Source of the DNA: a virus
Lineage: Duplodnaviria; Caudoviricetes
Strand: one strand, 5' to 3'
Length of the DNA stretch: 54,241 nucleotides
Virus record (IMG/VR): IMGVR_UViG_3300037139_000049
Span: 1 to 54,241 of that record
The notes beneath the pieces were generated by a model. The model saw nothing but the letters and a program-made list of their open reading frames with translations. It was not told where the DNA came from and searched no databases. Shown here one piece after another: positions 35,472 to 44,715 of the stretch; positions within the stretch are counted from its first letter, which is position 1, and the number at the start of each line of letters is the position of its first letter. The position numbers and the translations under genes are program-made.

Positions 35472-36647
35472 GTGAGAAGCAAGGCAATCGCACTCATAGT
35501 TGCGATAGCCACGCTAGGGATGGCAGGCGTCGCGCAGGCAATCACCGTCACATACAGCCTGCCGGGCTGTACGGCCACAGTCACGGGCACGGGCACCGCC
35601 GCCGAAGTCCATGTCACCTGCCCACAGGGCGCGACCGGGCCGAGAGGGCCAACCGGAGCCCAGGGGGTGACCGGCGCGACCGGACCGACAGGCGCAAACA
35701 CTGGGCCTACTGGCGTTTCCGGTGGTCCTACGGGTTCCACAAGCAAAACGGGGCCGACGGGTTCCACTGGTGTCACGGGCTCTACAGGTTCGACGGGCGT
35801 CACTGGTAGCACAGGCGCGTTCATTGACGGTGTCAACGACGGCTCAGGCTGGGGACCACAGGACGCTGCACAGTTCATCGCCGGAGGGCTCACCTCAGAG
35901 CGCGTAGGAAGCGCAAGCCAGGAGGAATACTCCCGGTCGCTCGGGTTCCGCAACGACACCGTCATCGTCGGGGACGTCGGCTCAGCCCTGTCTTCGGTCA
36001 ATATGGCCTCGTGGACCATCTCGGCACTCGCAGAAGTCAAGTCGGCTGTAGCGAACGGCTTTCCGTTGGATGAGGTCGGGAACGAGATGTATCTGAAGGG
36101 CAACGGCAACGGGAACGGCGAACAGGCGAAGTACGCGGAAATGTACGTCAGCCTCCACAACGCGGTCACAGCAGCGGGTGTGAGGGCCACGCTCCTGTTC
36201 AACAGCTTCGGCGCGGGGTGGATTCCGGGCGCGGTCAAAGCCCAGCCGTCCCTGAAGACGCTGATCGACGGGTTCACCAACCATCCGTACGGGCTGGCGC
36301 ATGAAAACAGCGGCGGCAAGTGGGGTCCCGGTGCGATGGAACAGATGCACGGAGAAGCGGTCGCGGACGGCGTGGCAAACACGAGCTTTTATGTGACGGA
36401 GTTCGGTGTCGAAGACGGTATCGGCCCCAAACCACAGGTCGGCTCGAGCGGACCGGCGCAGCAGGCCGAACGCATCAAAGCCGTCTACAACGAGTTCCTC
36501 GCAACTGGCTACGTGAAGGGTTGCTGGTACTACCAGGGACATGACGACAGCACCGGCAAATGGGGGCTAATCGAACCGCAGACCTCAGGCTCTAGCCCGT
36601 TCATCCCGCGGCCTTCACTTGCGGTTGTCGAGTCCTTCGCACACTGA
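35472..36647 (+). CDS. Secreted glycoside hydrolase (clan GH-A-like) with collagen-like G-X-T linker
   Basis: Signal peptide; G-X-T repeats about 35625-35815; EVGNE, NHPY, VTEFG, WY, WGL motifs. Confidence 0.75.
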   Translation: MRSKAIALIVAIATLGMAGVAQAITVTYSLPGCTATVTGTGTAAEVHVTCPQGATGPRGPTGAQGVTGATGPTGANTGPTGVSGGPTGSTSKTGPTGSTGVTGSTGSTGVTGSTGAFIDGVNDGSGWGPQDAAQFIAGGLTSERVGSASQEEYSRSLGFRNDTVIVGDVGSALSSVNMASWTISALAEVKSAVANGFPLDEVGNEMYLKGNGNGNGEQAKYAEMYVSLHNAVTAAGVRATLLFNSFGAGWIPGAVKAQPSLKTLIDGFTNHPYGLAHENSGGKWGPGAMEQMHGEAVADGVANTSFYVTEFGVEDGIGPKPQVGSSGPAQQAERIKAVYNEFLATGYVKGCWYYQGHDDSTGKWGLIEPQTSGSSPFIPRPSLAVVESFAH

Positions 36648-36674
36648 TCTTGCAGCATTACGAAAGGAAGAACC

Positions 36675-36935
36675 ATGCCCACCGCTGAACAGATCCGCCA
36701 GTTCCTCACTGGAGTTGTCCTACCAATCGGCGTCGGTATCGCAGCAGCGTGGATCGTCGCCACCGTCCACATCCTCAACCTGTTCGGGATCACCGAAGGA
36801 CAGGTCGCCGGAGAGCTCTCGCTGTTCGGCACTTGGGCCGTCTCCGCCGTCATCGCATGGCTGACGCAGCACAAGATCCTCTCGGCCACGTACACGCCGG
36901 CAGCCAAAGCCGCAGCGCGTAGGTCGCAGGTATGA
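36675..36935 (+). CDS. Putative holin
   Basis: 86 aa, two TM helices, basic C-terminus, AAAGGA SD, in the lysis block. Confidence 0.6.
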   Translation: MPTAEQIRQFLTGVVLPIGVGIAAAWIVATVHILNLFGITEGQVAGELSLFGTWAVSAVIAWLTQHKILSATYTPAAKAAARRSQV

Positions 36936-37071
36936 GCGCCTTCCGCTTCTCCACCTGGGCGCAGCCCGTCACGCATCGTGGTTGGGCTGTCGCAGCTGTC
37001 CTCGCTGATCGCCTCTGGCGACTGACAAGGATCGACCTCGGCAAACACTCGGCGTGGGAACGAGCGACCCG

Positions 37072-37857
37072 ATGAGCGCCATCGAGGCTCGCCCACCGAC
37101 GGAGCACGCCTACGGATGGAAACGGCCACTTCCGGGAAGAGGTGCGCTTGACCTACTGCCCCACGTTGATACCTCGGAACTGACGATCCTCTCCGAGGTC
37201 GACCCGCGGACGCACATGCCACCGGCACTCAACCAAGGGCAGCTCGGCTCCTGCACGGCGAACGCGACCGCACGGTGCTTCCGCTACGACACGATCATGG
37301 ACGGGAAGGACTGCGGGGAGCTGTCACGACGTTGGATCTACCACTTCGAGAAAGTCATCGAGGGCACGCACGGCCAGGGCGACACGGGCGCTGAGGGCCA
37401 CGACGCCTTCACTGTGGCGAAGCACGGTATCCCCGACGAGAGCCTGTACCCGTACTCGGAAGACATCGAAGAGGTCGAAGCGAAACCGCCGAACGTCGAG
37501 CCCCGAGCGTACACGCTGAAGAAGCCTGTCCACGCGGTCCCGCAGAACCTCAACCAGATCAAGCAGGTGCTCTCCAACAGGCAGACGATCGCCTACGGCT
37601 TCACGGTCTACAGGGACTTTGAGGAACCGTGGAGCACCGAAGGCGAGATGCCCGAACCCAACCCGTCGGAAGAAGTGCTCGGCGGCCACGAGAACCTGCT
37701 CTGCGGCTACCTTGAGAAGTACCCGGGCTACCTGCTCAGCCTCAACTCGTGGGGCACTGCTTGGGGGATCTTCGGTGGCTACTTCCTGTTCCCCATCGCG
37801 ACGTTCTTGAATCCGAGCGTCACGTCTGACCTGCGGACGATCGTGAGGGCGGTATGA
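37072..37857 (+). CDS. Papain-like (C1) cysteine peptidase
   Basis: NQGQLGSCTA, LSR..IY, GGHE, NSWG..WG..GYF. Confidence 0.9.
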   Translation: MSAIEARPPTEHAYGWKRPLPGRGALDLLPHVDTSELTILSEVDPRTHMPPALNQGQLGSCTANATARCFRYDTIMDGKDCGELSRRWIYHFEKVIEGTHGQGDTGAEGHDAFTVAKHGIPDESLYPYSEDIEEVEAKPPNVEPRAYTLKKPVHAVPQNLNQIKQVLSNRQTIAYGFTVYRDFEEPWSTEGEMPEPNPSEEVLGGHENLLCGYLEKYPGYLLSLNSWGTAWGIFGGYFLFPIATFLNPSVTSDLRTIVRAV

Positions 37858-38900
37858 GGCGCTTTGGGATCACACTAAGCCACGCGACCGACCAGGCTCA
37901 GAAGGACCAGCAGCCTGAGCTATCCGAACCGTTCGCGGCCCTACCGACACCGCCCGGTGCGGCGCCGTATCGGTGGGATCTGAACAAGGTGATCGGCGGT
38001 GACGGCCCGCTCGTGTTCCATGTCATCGGCGATCACGGCGGGGTCAAGGACCCGAACCCGCAGCTCGTCGTCGCGAAGGCAATGGTGGCCGACTGCCAGG
38101 ATCACGGGCTGTCGTTCTGCTACTCGGTCGGCGACGTGGACTACTTCACGGGCGAAGAGGCTGAGATCGGGCCTCAGTTTTACGAGGCATACGCCGACTA
38201 CCCGGTGCCGATCGTGGCAATCCCCGGCAACCACGACGGCGCGGGCGCCGACCAGCTCGCGACGTTCATGGCGACGTTCTGCGACCCGACGCCGAAACTG
38301 ATCCCGGCGCAGGCCGAGTATCAGCGGGACACGATGGACCAGCCGAACTGCTACTGGACGCTGACGGACGAGATGGTGACGATCATCGGGCTCTACTCGA
38401 ACGTGCCGAGCGGCGGCGTTATCGAGCAGGACCAGCAGGAATGGCTAGAGGGCGAGCTGGCAGCAGCGCCGAAGGGCGTGCCGCTGATCGTGGCTCTGCA
38501 TCACCCGCCGTACTCCTGCGACGCCCACCACGGCGGTTCGCAGAAGATGGGCACGCTGCTCGATGCGGCGTTCGTCGCAGCGGGTCGCTGGCCCGAGCTC
38601 GTGCTGGCCGGCCATGTCCACGACTACCAGCGGTTCACGCGGACAGTCCACCGGGAACACGAATGCACCTACGTCGTCTGCGGGGCCGGTGGCTACCACA
38701 ACCTCCACAAGATGGCCCCCGGCGCCGTCAAGGGCCTGCAAGCAACCCCTGACACGACGCTGGAGGCGTTCGACGACTCGCAGTTCGGCTTCCTGCGCCT
38801 GACCGTTGCGGCTTCGGAGATCGCCGGGGAGTACATCGGTGTGGACAAGGAAGGCACGGTCACAGCCAACGTGGACAACTTTGCCGTGCCGATCGGCTAG
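37854..38900 (+). CDS. Calcineurin-like metallophosphoesterase (purple acid phosphatase-like)
   Basis: GDHG, VGD..Y, PGNHD, HHPPY, GHVHDY motifs. Confidence 0.9.
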   Translation: MRRFGITLSHATDQAQKDQQPELSEPFAALPTPPGAAPYRWDLNKVIGGDGPLVFHVIGDHGGVKDPNPQLVVAKAMVADCQDHGLSFCYSVGDVDYFTGEEAEIGPQFYEAYADYPVPIVAIPGNHDGAGADQLATFMATFCDPTPKLIPAQAEYQRDTMDQPNCYWTLTDEMVTIIGLYSNVPSGGVIEQDQQEWLEGELAAAPKGVPLIVALHHPPYSCDAHHGGSQKMGTLLDAAFVAAGRWPELVLAGHVHDYQRFTRTVHREHECTYVVCGAGGYHNLHKMAPGAVKGLQATPDTTLEAFDDSQFGFLRLTVAASEIAGEYIGVDKEGTVTANVDNFAVPIG

Positions 38901-38910
38901 CCTTGCCTCA

Positions 38911-39189
38911 ATGACAGACATGGCCCACCGCAGCGACAGGGAGATCCTGCTCGCCACACATCGAAAAGTAGAGGAACTCATGACCACAGAACAGCTTACG
39001 ACCCTCACTACCGATCTCGAAGCTGACGCCACGGCAGCGCAGGCCGAGTTCACGAAAAGGTGCTGGCAAGGGCAGCCGAGCTTGGCTGAAGGCAAAGTCA
39101 CGCCGGAAAGCCTCGAACCGCTGAAGTCCCTCGTTGAAGGACTCGACACGAAGGTCAAAGCCGCAGCCTCGGAGATCCCGACCACTTGA
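38911..39189 (+). CDS. Coiled-coil hypothetical protein, second in-frame start at 38980
   Basis: TAGCCT-7nt-ATG at 38911; internal GAGGA SD + ATG 38980. Confidence 0.6.
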   Translation: MTDMAHRSDREILLATHRKVEELMTTEQLTTLTTDLEADATAAQAEFTKRCWQGQPSLAEGKVTPESLEPLKSLVEGLDTKVKAAASEIPTT

Positions 39190-39237
39190 CCCGCTCGGTG
39201 GTGTAGGCTAGTCCTGCATCCTCCTCCTGTTTCACAT

Positions 39238-39266
39238 GAGCGCCCCCGGTCCACCTGGGGGCGTTT
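39238..39266 (+). terminator. Intrinsic terminator-like hairpin
   Basis: AGCGCCCCCGG-tccac-CTGGGGGCGTT-T. Confidence 0.7.
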
Positions 39267-39392
39267 GTGCGTTATGCTCCCGGCGAGTACCCCAGCGCAA
39301 GCTGAAGTCGTCTCCCGAGCATCTACAGAGGCGAGCAGCACCCAGGCCCCGGCCCTGTGTCGGGGTAATCCGCAGAGGAGGTCTAGTGACTA

Positions 39393-39782
39393 ATCCGACG
39401 CTTGTTGATTTCGCTCATCGTTGCATCCGCCTTGCCCGTAGCATCGACAGCAGAAGCCAGACCAAAGCACGCCCCGGGCCGTAGGAGTGCCCGCTGCGAT
39501 CTGAGGGTGGCCCGAGCTTGGGGGAGGAAGCATCATTGGCATCCGCCTGTCGCTCGTGTGGCGAGCGAAGATCTGGCCGTCGTGCCGGGCGTGCCCTATG
39601 CGTTCGCTCAATGTGTCGCGCTACGGGAGTCCACGGACGGCGCGGGCTCGCCGAACATCTACGGCATCCTGCCGATGAACGGCTACTCGGAAGGGATGGG
39701 TCTGGCTGGGCAGAAGCGGCTGTTCGCCTCGATGTATGCCCGCGACGGCACATCGCCCTGGGCACCCTACGACGGCTGTTGA
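39393..39782 (+). CDS. Secreted Rpf/transglycosylase-like protein (possible ATC start)
   Basis: Signal peptide RRLLISLIVASALPVASTAEA; C.A.RES..., Q......Y..DG.SPW...C. Confidence 0.75.
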   Translation: MRRLLISLIVASALPVASTAEARPKHAPGRRSARCDLRVARAWGRKHHWHPPVARVASEDLAVVPGVPYAFAQCVALRESTDGAGSPNIYGILPMNGYSEGMGLAGQKRLFASMYARDGTSPWAPYDGC

Positions 39783-39783
39783 C

Positions 39784-39885
39784 ATGCTCATCGCTCTGGG
39801 AGCCGTAGCTTGGCTGGTGGTCCTTGTGATCGTCTGGGCTTTGTGTTCGGCAGCGGCGAGGGGAGATCGTGAACTGCGGCGGTGA
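39784..39885 (+). CDS. Small membrane protein (33 aa)
   Basis: MLIALGAVAWLVVLVIVWALCSAAARGDRELRR. Confidence 0.55.
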   Translation: MLIALGAVAWLVVLVIVWALCSAAARGDRELRR

Positions 39886-39896
39886 GGGGCTACGGG

Positions 39897-40115
39897 CTAA
39901 CCCTCGTCAAGCTTGAGCCGTTCGCACACAACACAGGCGTCAGCCGTACCCCACCTACCGCCGCTGACCGTTGGCCCACGTTTGACGTAGCCGCAGCGAG
40001 CAACGTCCCCCGGCACTGGCAGGCGACCCTCCCTAGCCGCCTGCAAGTAGCCGTGATGGAGCTTGTCGAGCTCCCGATCTCCGAATGCAACAATCTCAGA
40101 AAGGGATGTCTTCAT
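39897..40115 (-). CDS. Small Cys-containing hypothetical protein
   Basis: Overlaps the SSB end; CG...CVVC. Confidence 0.55.
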   Translation of the reverse strand: MKTSLSEIVAFGDRELDKLHHGYLQAAREGRLPVPGDVARCGYVKRGPTVSGGRWGTADACVVCERLKLDEG

Positions 40116-40491
40116 CGCCCCGTCCCGACGCCGGTGGGCTGGTATCGCCCGTCGACGAACTCGCGGGTGTGGACGATTTACCGTTGCCCTTCTCACCGAG
40201 GAAATGGACTTCGTTGGCGCGGACGTCCAAGGACATGCGTGTCTCGCCGCCACTCTCGTAGGTGCGAGGTTCAAGTGCACCAGCTACGACCACCTGCCTG
40301 CCCTTGGAAAGGTACTGTTGGCACAGCTCGCCGAGCTTGCCCCAGGCGGCGACGTTGAACCAGTCGGTCACGTCCTCGCCTTTGACCTTGCGGTTGGCCG
40401 CGACTGAGAAGTTCGTCACGGTGCTGTCGCCTACTTCCTTGCCAGCGGGGTCTTGGCCGAGGTAGCCGACGAGCTGGATTTGGGTTCTCAT
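40096..40491 (-). CDS. ssb: Single-stranded DNA-binding protein
   Basis: LVGYLGQDP, FSVA, TDWFNV.AWG, YL.KGRQV.V.G, acidic tail DEDIPF. Confidence 0.95.
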   Translation of the reverse strand: MRTQIQLVGYLGQDPAGKEVGDSTVTNFSVAANRKVKGEDVTDWFNVAAWGKLGELCQQYLSKGRQVVVAGALEPRTYESGGETRMSLDVRANEVHFLGEKGNGKSSTPASSSTGDTSPPASGRGDEDIPF

Positions 40492-40799
40492 CTGATCTCC
40501 GATCTTAGGGTTGGGTCAGTTAGAAGCAACTACGGTCGCGCACGCGCACGCGCACGTTGTAACAGGCATCTATCTAGCTCGACTAGGGCCGCTGTCCCGA
40601 TACCCCCCCACGACCTCTCGGCGTGGCTAGATAGGACGACCCCCGGCGAGGATGTGACTTAGGCGGTCAGGGGCGGCTTGCGCGCTGTCTGGCAAGCCGC
40701 TAGACTGATCCTTGGTATTTGCATACCGACACCTTACCAACGGCGGTGAGGGTTTCAAGGGACGCCTCGGCTGGGAGCACTCGCCGGGGCGTTTCTTAT

Positions 40800-40828
40800 T
40801 TGCATTCCATCGGCTTACCTGCTAACCT
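40800..40828 (+). promoter_or_regulatory. sigma70-type promoter TTGCAT-17nt-TAACCT driving the recombination/replication operon
   Basis: ttgcattccatcggcttacctgctaacct, extended -10 TG; preceded by hairpin ~40760-40796. Confidence 0.7.
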
Positions 40829-40855
40829 ACAGCGATCCCAACAGCAGGAGGCCAG

Positions 40856-41794
40856 ATGAGCGACAGCACAGCACTTGAGCGCAGGCAGGCGGCAGGCGTG
40901 AACACTCTGGCGGTGATGAGTGATTCGGAGATCAACCGGAGCTGGAGGCTGGCCGAGGCGCTGGCGGCCAGCGGTGCCTTTCCGGCCACGAAGGATGCGG
41001 CCAAGGCGTTCGCCATCATGCTCGTCGGGCACGACCTTGGACTCTCTCCGACACAGGCGCTCATGGGCGTCTACATCGTGGAGGGGAAACCGATGGTCGG
41101 GGCCAACCTGCTCGGCTCGTTTGTCAAGCAGATGCCCGGCTACGACTACAAAATCCTGGAGCACGATGAGGGCCAGTGCTCCATCGTGTTCTTCGATGTT
41201 GACGGCGAGGCGGGCGTCTCGACATTCACGATGGACGACGCCAAGAAGGCTGGGCTCGTCAAGGCGAAGTCGGGCTGGGAGAAATACCCGAAGGCGATGC
41301 TGTTCGCCCGCGCCTTGAGCCAGGGCGTCCGCTGGTACTGCCCGGACTGCACTGGCGGCATTCCCGTCTATGTCGAGGGCGAGATCGTAGAGACGCCAGC
41401 GATCACAGATGGAGACGGCTCGGGTGAGGTGCAGGGGCTTGACCTTGGCCTGAAGGTCGAAAAGGTGCTGGCAAGGGCAGCCGAGCTTGGCCACGCCGGT
41501 CTGGCCGACCGTGCAACAGCCGAGGTAACCCTTGGCGGTAGGTCCCCCGAGATCGCCGCACAGTGGGCCAGGGACGCAGAAGCTACCCTAGATACCTTCG
41601 AGGTCGAGCAGGATCAGCCGGCCATCGTCGTCACCCCCGGCGAGTCCGAGGCTGGCCCCGAGGAGCAGAAGGCCCAACGTGAGCGGATAGCCGAGCAGCT
41701 TGAGCAGGACGCCGTTGAAGCCGACGAGGAGGGCAAAGCTGACGAGGCGGTTACGCTACGCGCCCAAGCAGCCGAGATGCGCCAGGACGACTGA
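40856..41794 (+). CDS. RecT/Bet-like single-strand annealing recombinase
   Basis: LA.SG.FP, G..LGLSP.QAL..VYIVEGKP, FTM.DA..AGL, W.KYP.AML.ARA. Confidence 0.8.
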   Translation: MSDSTALERRQAAGVNTLAVMSDSEINRSWRLAEALAASGAFPATKDAAKAFAIMLVGHDLGLSPTQALMGVYIVEGKPMVGANLLGSFVKQMPGYDYKILEHDEGQCSIVFFDVDGEAGVSTFTMDDAKKAGLVKAKSGWEKYPKAMLFARALSQGVRWYCPDCTGGIPVYVEGEIVETPAITDGDGSGEVQGLDLGLKVEKVLARAAELGHAGLADRATAEVTLGGRSPEIAAQWARDAEATLDTFEVEQDQPAIVVTPGESEAGPEEQKAQRERIAEQLEQDAVEADEEGKADEAVTLRAQAAEMRQDD

Positions 41795-41828
41795 CCCAAC
41801 CCAACGCCCCAATACACAGGAGGCCACA

Positions 41829-42802
41829 ATGCCAAGCATCGAATACGTCGAGCGGAAATTCAGCGAAGAGTCGGAACACATCATCATGCGCGCCAATGAG
41901 GTCTGCGAGAGCTATCGCCAGCAGGGCTACGACTTGACGCTGCGCCAGCTCTACTACCAGTTTGTCTCGCGCGACTGGCTACCGAACACCGAACGGAGCT
42001 ACAAGCGACTCGGCTCGATCGTCAACGACGCGCGCCTGGCGGGCCTGCTCGACTGGCACTACATCGTGGACCGCACGCGCAACCTGCGTGCGTTGCCGCA
42101 CTGGAACGACCCGGCCACGCGATCAAAGACGCAGCCGCACAGTTCCGTGTGGATCGCTGGGCGCAGCAGCCAACGCGGGTCGAGGTGTGGATTGAGAAGG
42201 ATGCGCTGGTCGGCGTACTGCAATCGGCTTGCCCGTCGCTCGACGTGCCCTACTTCTCCTGTCGCGGTTACACATCGCAGTCGGAGGTATGGGGAGCTGC
42301 GCAGCGCCTCGGCGGATACATCGATGCTGGGCAGAGCGTGGTCGTGGTCCACCTCGGCGACCATGATCCGTCGGGTATCGACATGACCCGCGACATTGAG
42401 GCTAGGTTGGCCATGTTCATCGCCCAGGACGTGAAGGGTGCGCCCCCGGGGCTAGATGCCGCAGAGTATGTTGCCGAAGTCGACGGACGGGACGACAATC
42501 CGTCGCTGAACATCCAGCGTATTGCTTTGAACATGGATCAGATCGAGCAGTACAAACCGCCGCCAAACCCGGCTAAGCTGACTGACTCACGGGCTACGAG
42601 CTACATCGCAAACTACGGTCGCTCGTCGTGGGAGCTTGACGCCCTAGAGCCGACGGTGTTGGTGGATCTGATCACGGAGGCTGTGTTCGACCATCGCGAC
42701 TTGGATTTATGGGATGCGGCAACGAAAACGGAAGAGGGCGAGCGCGAGGTACTGACGGCGGCAAGCGCCCGTTGGCCCGAGGTCAAGGAGCTGCTGGTAT
42801 GA
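41829..42802 (+). pseudogene. TOPRIM (topoisomerase VI A-like) protein with a one-base frameshift near 42118
   Basis: TLRQLYYQFV, AR..G...W..IVD.TR in one frame; VEVWIEKDAL, RGY.S, GDHDPSG, RIALN, WELDAL in another. Confidence 0.8.
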
Positions 42803-43863
42803 AGCCGCTAACGACTTACCGCCAATCCCTCCTGGCCGGGTTCGAGACCTGCCCGCGCCGCACTTGGTTCGGCCTCAATACCGACGATGACCTGACCGTG
42901 GGCTACATGGGATCATCGGCCGACCTTGGCAGCCTTGTCCACGCTGTCTACGCCGAGATCCTACGCACGCTGTATCGCCAAGGCGAGGAACAGATCAGCA
43001 CGCAGGAGGCAATTGAGATATGCCGCGAGGTTGAGGCCGAGTCGGATATCGTGCTGCCGGCCGATGAGCGCGAAACGCTGGTCTGGTTGACGCTCAGGTT
43101 CGTGGACTTCCGGTTCAACGCCAGCCGGGTCATCGCCATCGAGGAGAACCTGAGCGCGGAGATCCTGGGTCAAGACGGCGTGCTACGGACGCTGACTGGT
43201 CAGCCTGACGTGTTGATCGCAGACCCGCCAGACGGCCTGGTCATCATCGACTATAAGTCGGGCTGGGCCGTGCCGAAGGCCCCGCGCAAACCACCGCCGG
43301 ACGGCGAGACGATCACCGGCAAGCAATACCTATCGGATCGCGGGCACTTCCAACTCGACTGCTACGGCCTGCTGGCCATGCGCAACTACCCGTCCGCCAA
43401 CCACGTAACCCTCAGGGAGCTGCACCTGCGTTCTGGTGAGACGCGCGAGGCTACCTTGACCCGAGACGACCTAGAGCACGTCGAACGCGAACTCGGGATG
43501 CAGATGCAGAAGCTCGAGCGGGGCATAGCCGAAGGCGTCACGTCGGAGCTCTGGCAACCGCGGCCGAGCAAAGCCTGCCTGCGCGCGTGTCCGGTGGCCA
43601 AGTCGTGCCCGATCCCCGACGAGCAGAAGGGCGTAGGCTCACTGATCACGCCAGAGCTGGCAGACGAGGCCGCGGCTAGGTTCGTCGTCGTCGATGCCGT
43701 GCGTCAGCAGCTACGCGACGGACTCAAGGCGGTATTTGAGGAGACCGGCCGGGCACCTTTGGTCGGCGATGGCCGCTCTGTCCGATGGAAGGACAAGCCG
43801 ACCGGCGGCCGTAGCTTCGATGTTCACGAGATTGAGCCAACCAACGAGAAGGAGACAGCATGA
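42799..43863 (+). CDS. PD-(D/E)XK RecB/Cas4-like exonuclease
   Basis: TCPRR, G..VH, E..L...G.PD, IIDYKSG, QL..Y, C...CP....CP. Confidence 0.85.
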   Translation: MKPLTTYRQSLLAGFETCPRRTWFGLNTDDDLTVGYMGSSADLGSLVHAVYAEILRTLYRQGEEQISTQEAIEICREVEAESDIVLPADERETLVWLTLRFVDFRFNASRVIAIEENLSAEILGQDGVLRTLTGQPDVLIADPPDGLVIIDYKSGWAVPKAPRKPPPDGETITGKQYLSDRGHFQLDCYGLLAMRNYPSANHVTLRELHLRSGETREATLTRDDLEHVERELGMQMQKLERGIAEGVTSELWQPRPSKACLRACPVAKSCPIPDEQKGVGSLITPELADEAAARFVVVDAVRQQLRDGLKAVFEETGRAPLVGDGRSVRWKDKPTGGRSFDVHEIEPTNEKETA

Positions 43864-44162
43864 CCGACCCAGCACAGAACCTAGACGACGCACAAGCCCG
43901 GCTACAGGCAGCAGCGGAGTCCGAGCCAGCCAAGCGGAAGCAGAATCCGGTCTACGACGTGTTACGCGAGGTTGACGACGGTGAGGGCTACATGTTCATG
44001 GGCAGGCAGGTGCCAGCATCTTCCCGCAAGGAAGCGATCAAACTGGCGACTGCCGATGGCCCCGAGGGCGAGCGCTCCGGCACCTTTCTCGTCATCCCCT
44101 CGAAAGAGATCAAGACGATCACCCGTGCAACCCGCACGGAGACGGTAGACGAGTGGGACTGA
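43860..44162 (+). CDS. Hypothetical protein
   Basis: AAGGAG SD, ATGA overlap. Confidence 0.7.
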   Translation: MTDPAQNLDDAQARLQAAAESEPAKRKQNPVYDVLREVDDGEGYMFMGRQVPASSRKEAIKLATADGPEGERSGTFLVIPSKEIKTITRATRTETVDEWD

Positions 44163-44338
44163 GCGAGAAAATGGTCATACATCTCGGTGCGGTTGCCTAC
44201 TGGGCACGCATTGTGACGCGCATCGCGGACGGTGGCGGCGACAAAGACTTTACGCTGGCCGATGCGCTCGGAGGTCTGCGCAGTGCCCTTGAGGGCGTAG
44301 ACGACGCTCGCGGGATCAAGCCGATCAGGGACCCATGA
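44153..44338 (+). CDS. Hypothetical protein
   Basis: Packed between neighbours. Confidence 0.5.
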   Translation: MGLSEKMVIHLGAVAYWARIVTRIADGGGDKDFTLADALGGLRSALEGVDDARGIKPIRDP

Positions 44339-44715
44339 AACGAACCCCCCTCAAGCGCACGGGCAACGCTCTGGCCCGCTCAAAGCCGCTGGCCCGAGGG
44401 AAGGGCCTGCTCGGGCGCAAAAGACGGCAGAAGCCGGTTCTGGCCATCCCGATCAGGGTCGTGGCTTTCGACCGGACCGACGGCTGGTGTGCAGACGGCT
44501 GCGGCAGGCGAGCACAAGACCCTCATCACATCCTGCCAAGGCAGAAGTGGCCCGAGCTGATCAACGTGGCGGCTAACGTGATCGGCGTGCATCGGGTCTG
44601 CCACGAGGCCCACGAGAACGCGAGCAAACGCTTGCCTCGTTCCGTCTGTGCTCCTGTCGAAGCCTTGGAGTTGACTGGGGCTCAGGTGGCCTACATTGAG
44701 CGCTCCTACTCATGA
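44335..44715 (+). CDS. HNH endonuclease
   Basis: MKRTPLKR, C..GC...DPHHI.PR...N....R.CH..H. Confidence 0.8.
   Translation: MKRTPLKRTGNALARSKPLARGKGLLGRKRRQKPVLAIPIRVVAFDRTDGWCADGCGRRAQDPHHILPRQKWPELINVAANVIGVHRVCHEAHENASKRLPRSVCAPVEALELTGAQVAYIERSYS

Noticed and set aside
35625-35815. Tandem repeat or CRISPR-like array
   Set aside because: It is a coding G-X-T collagen-like linker with degenerate codons; no repeat-spacer array was seen anywhere in the window
42799-43863. CRISPR-associated Cas4
   Set aside because: No cas genes or array; its context next to an annealase fits a phage recombination exonuclease
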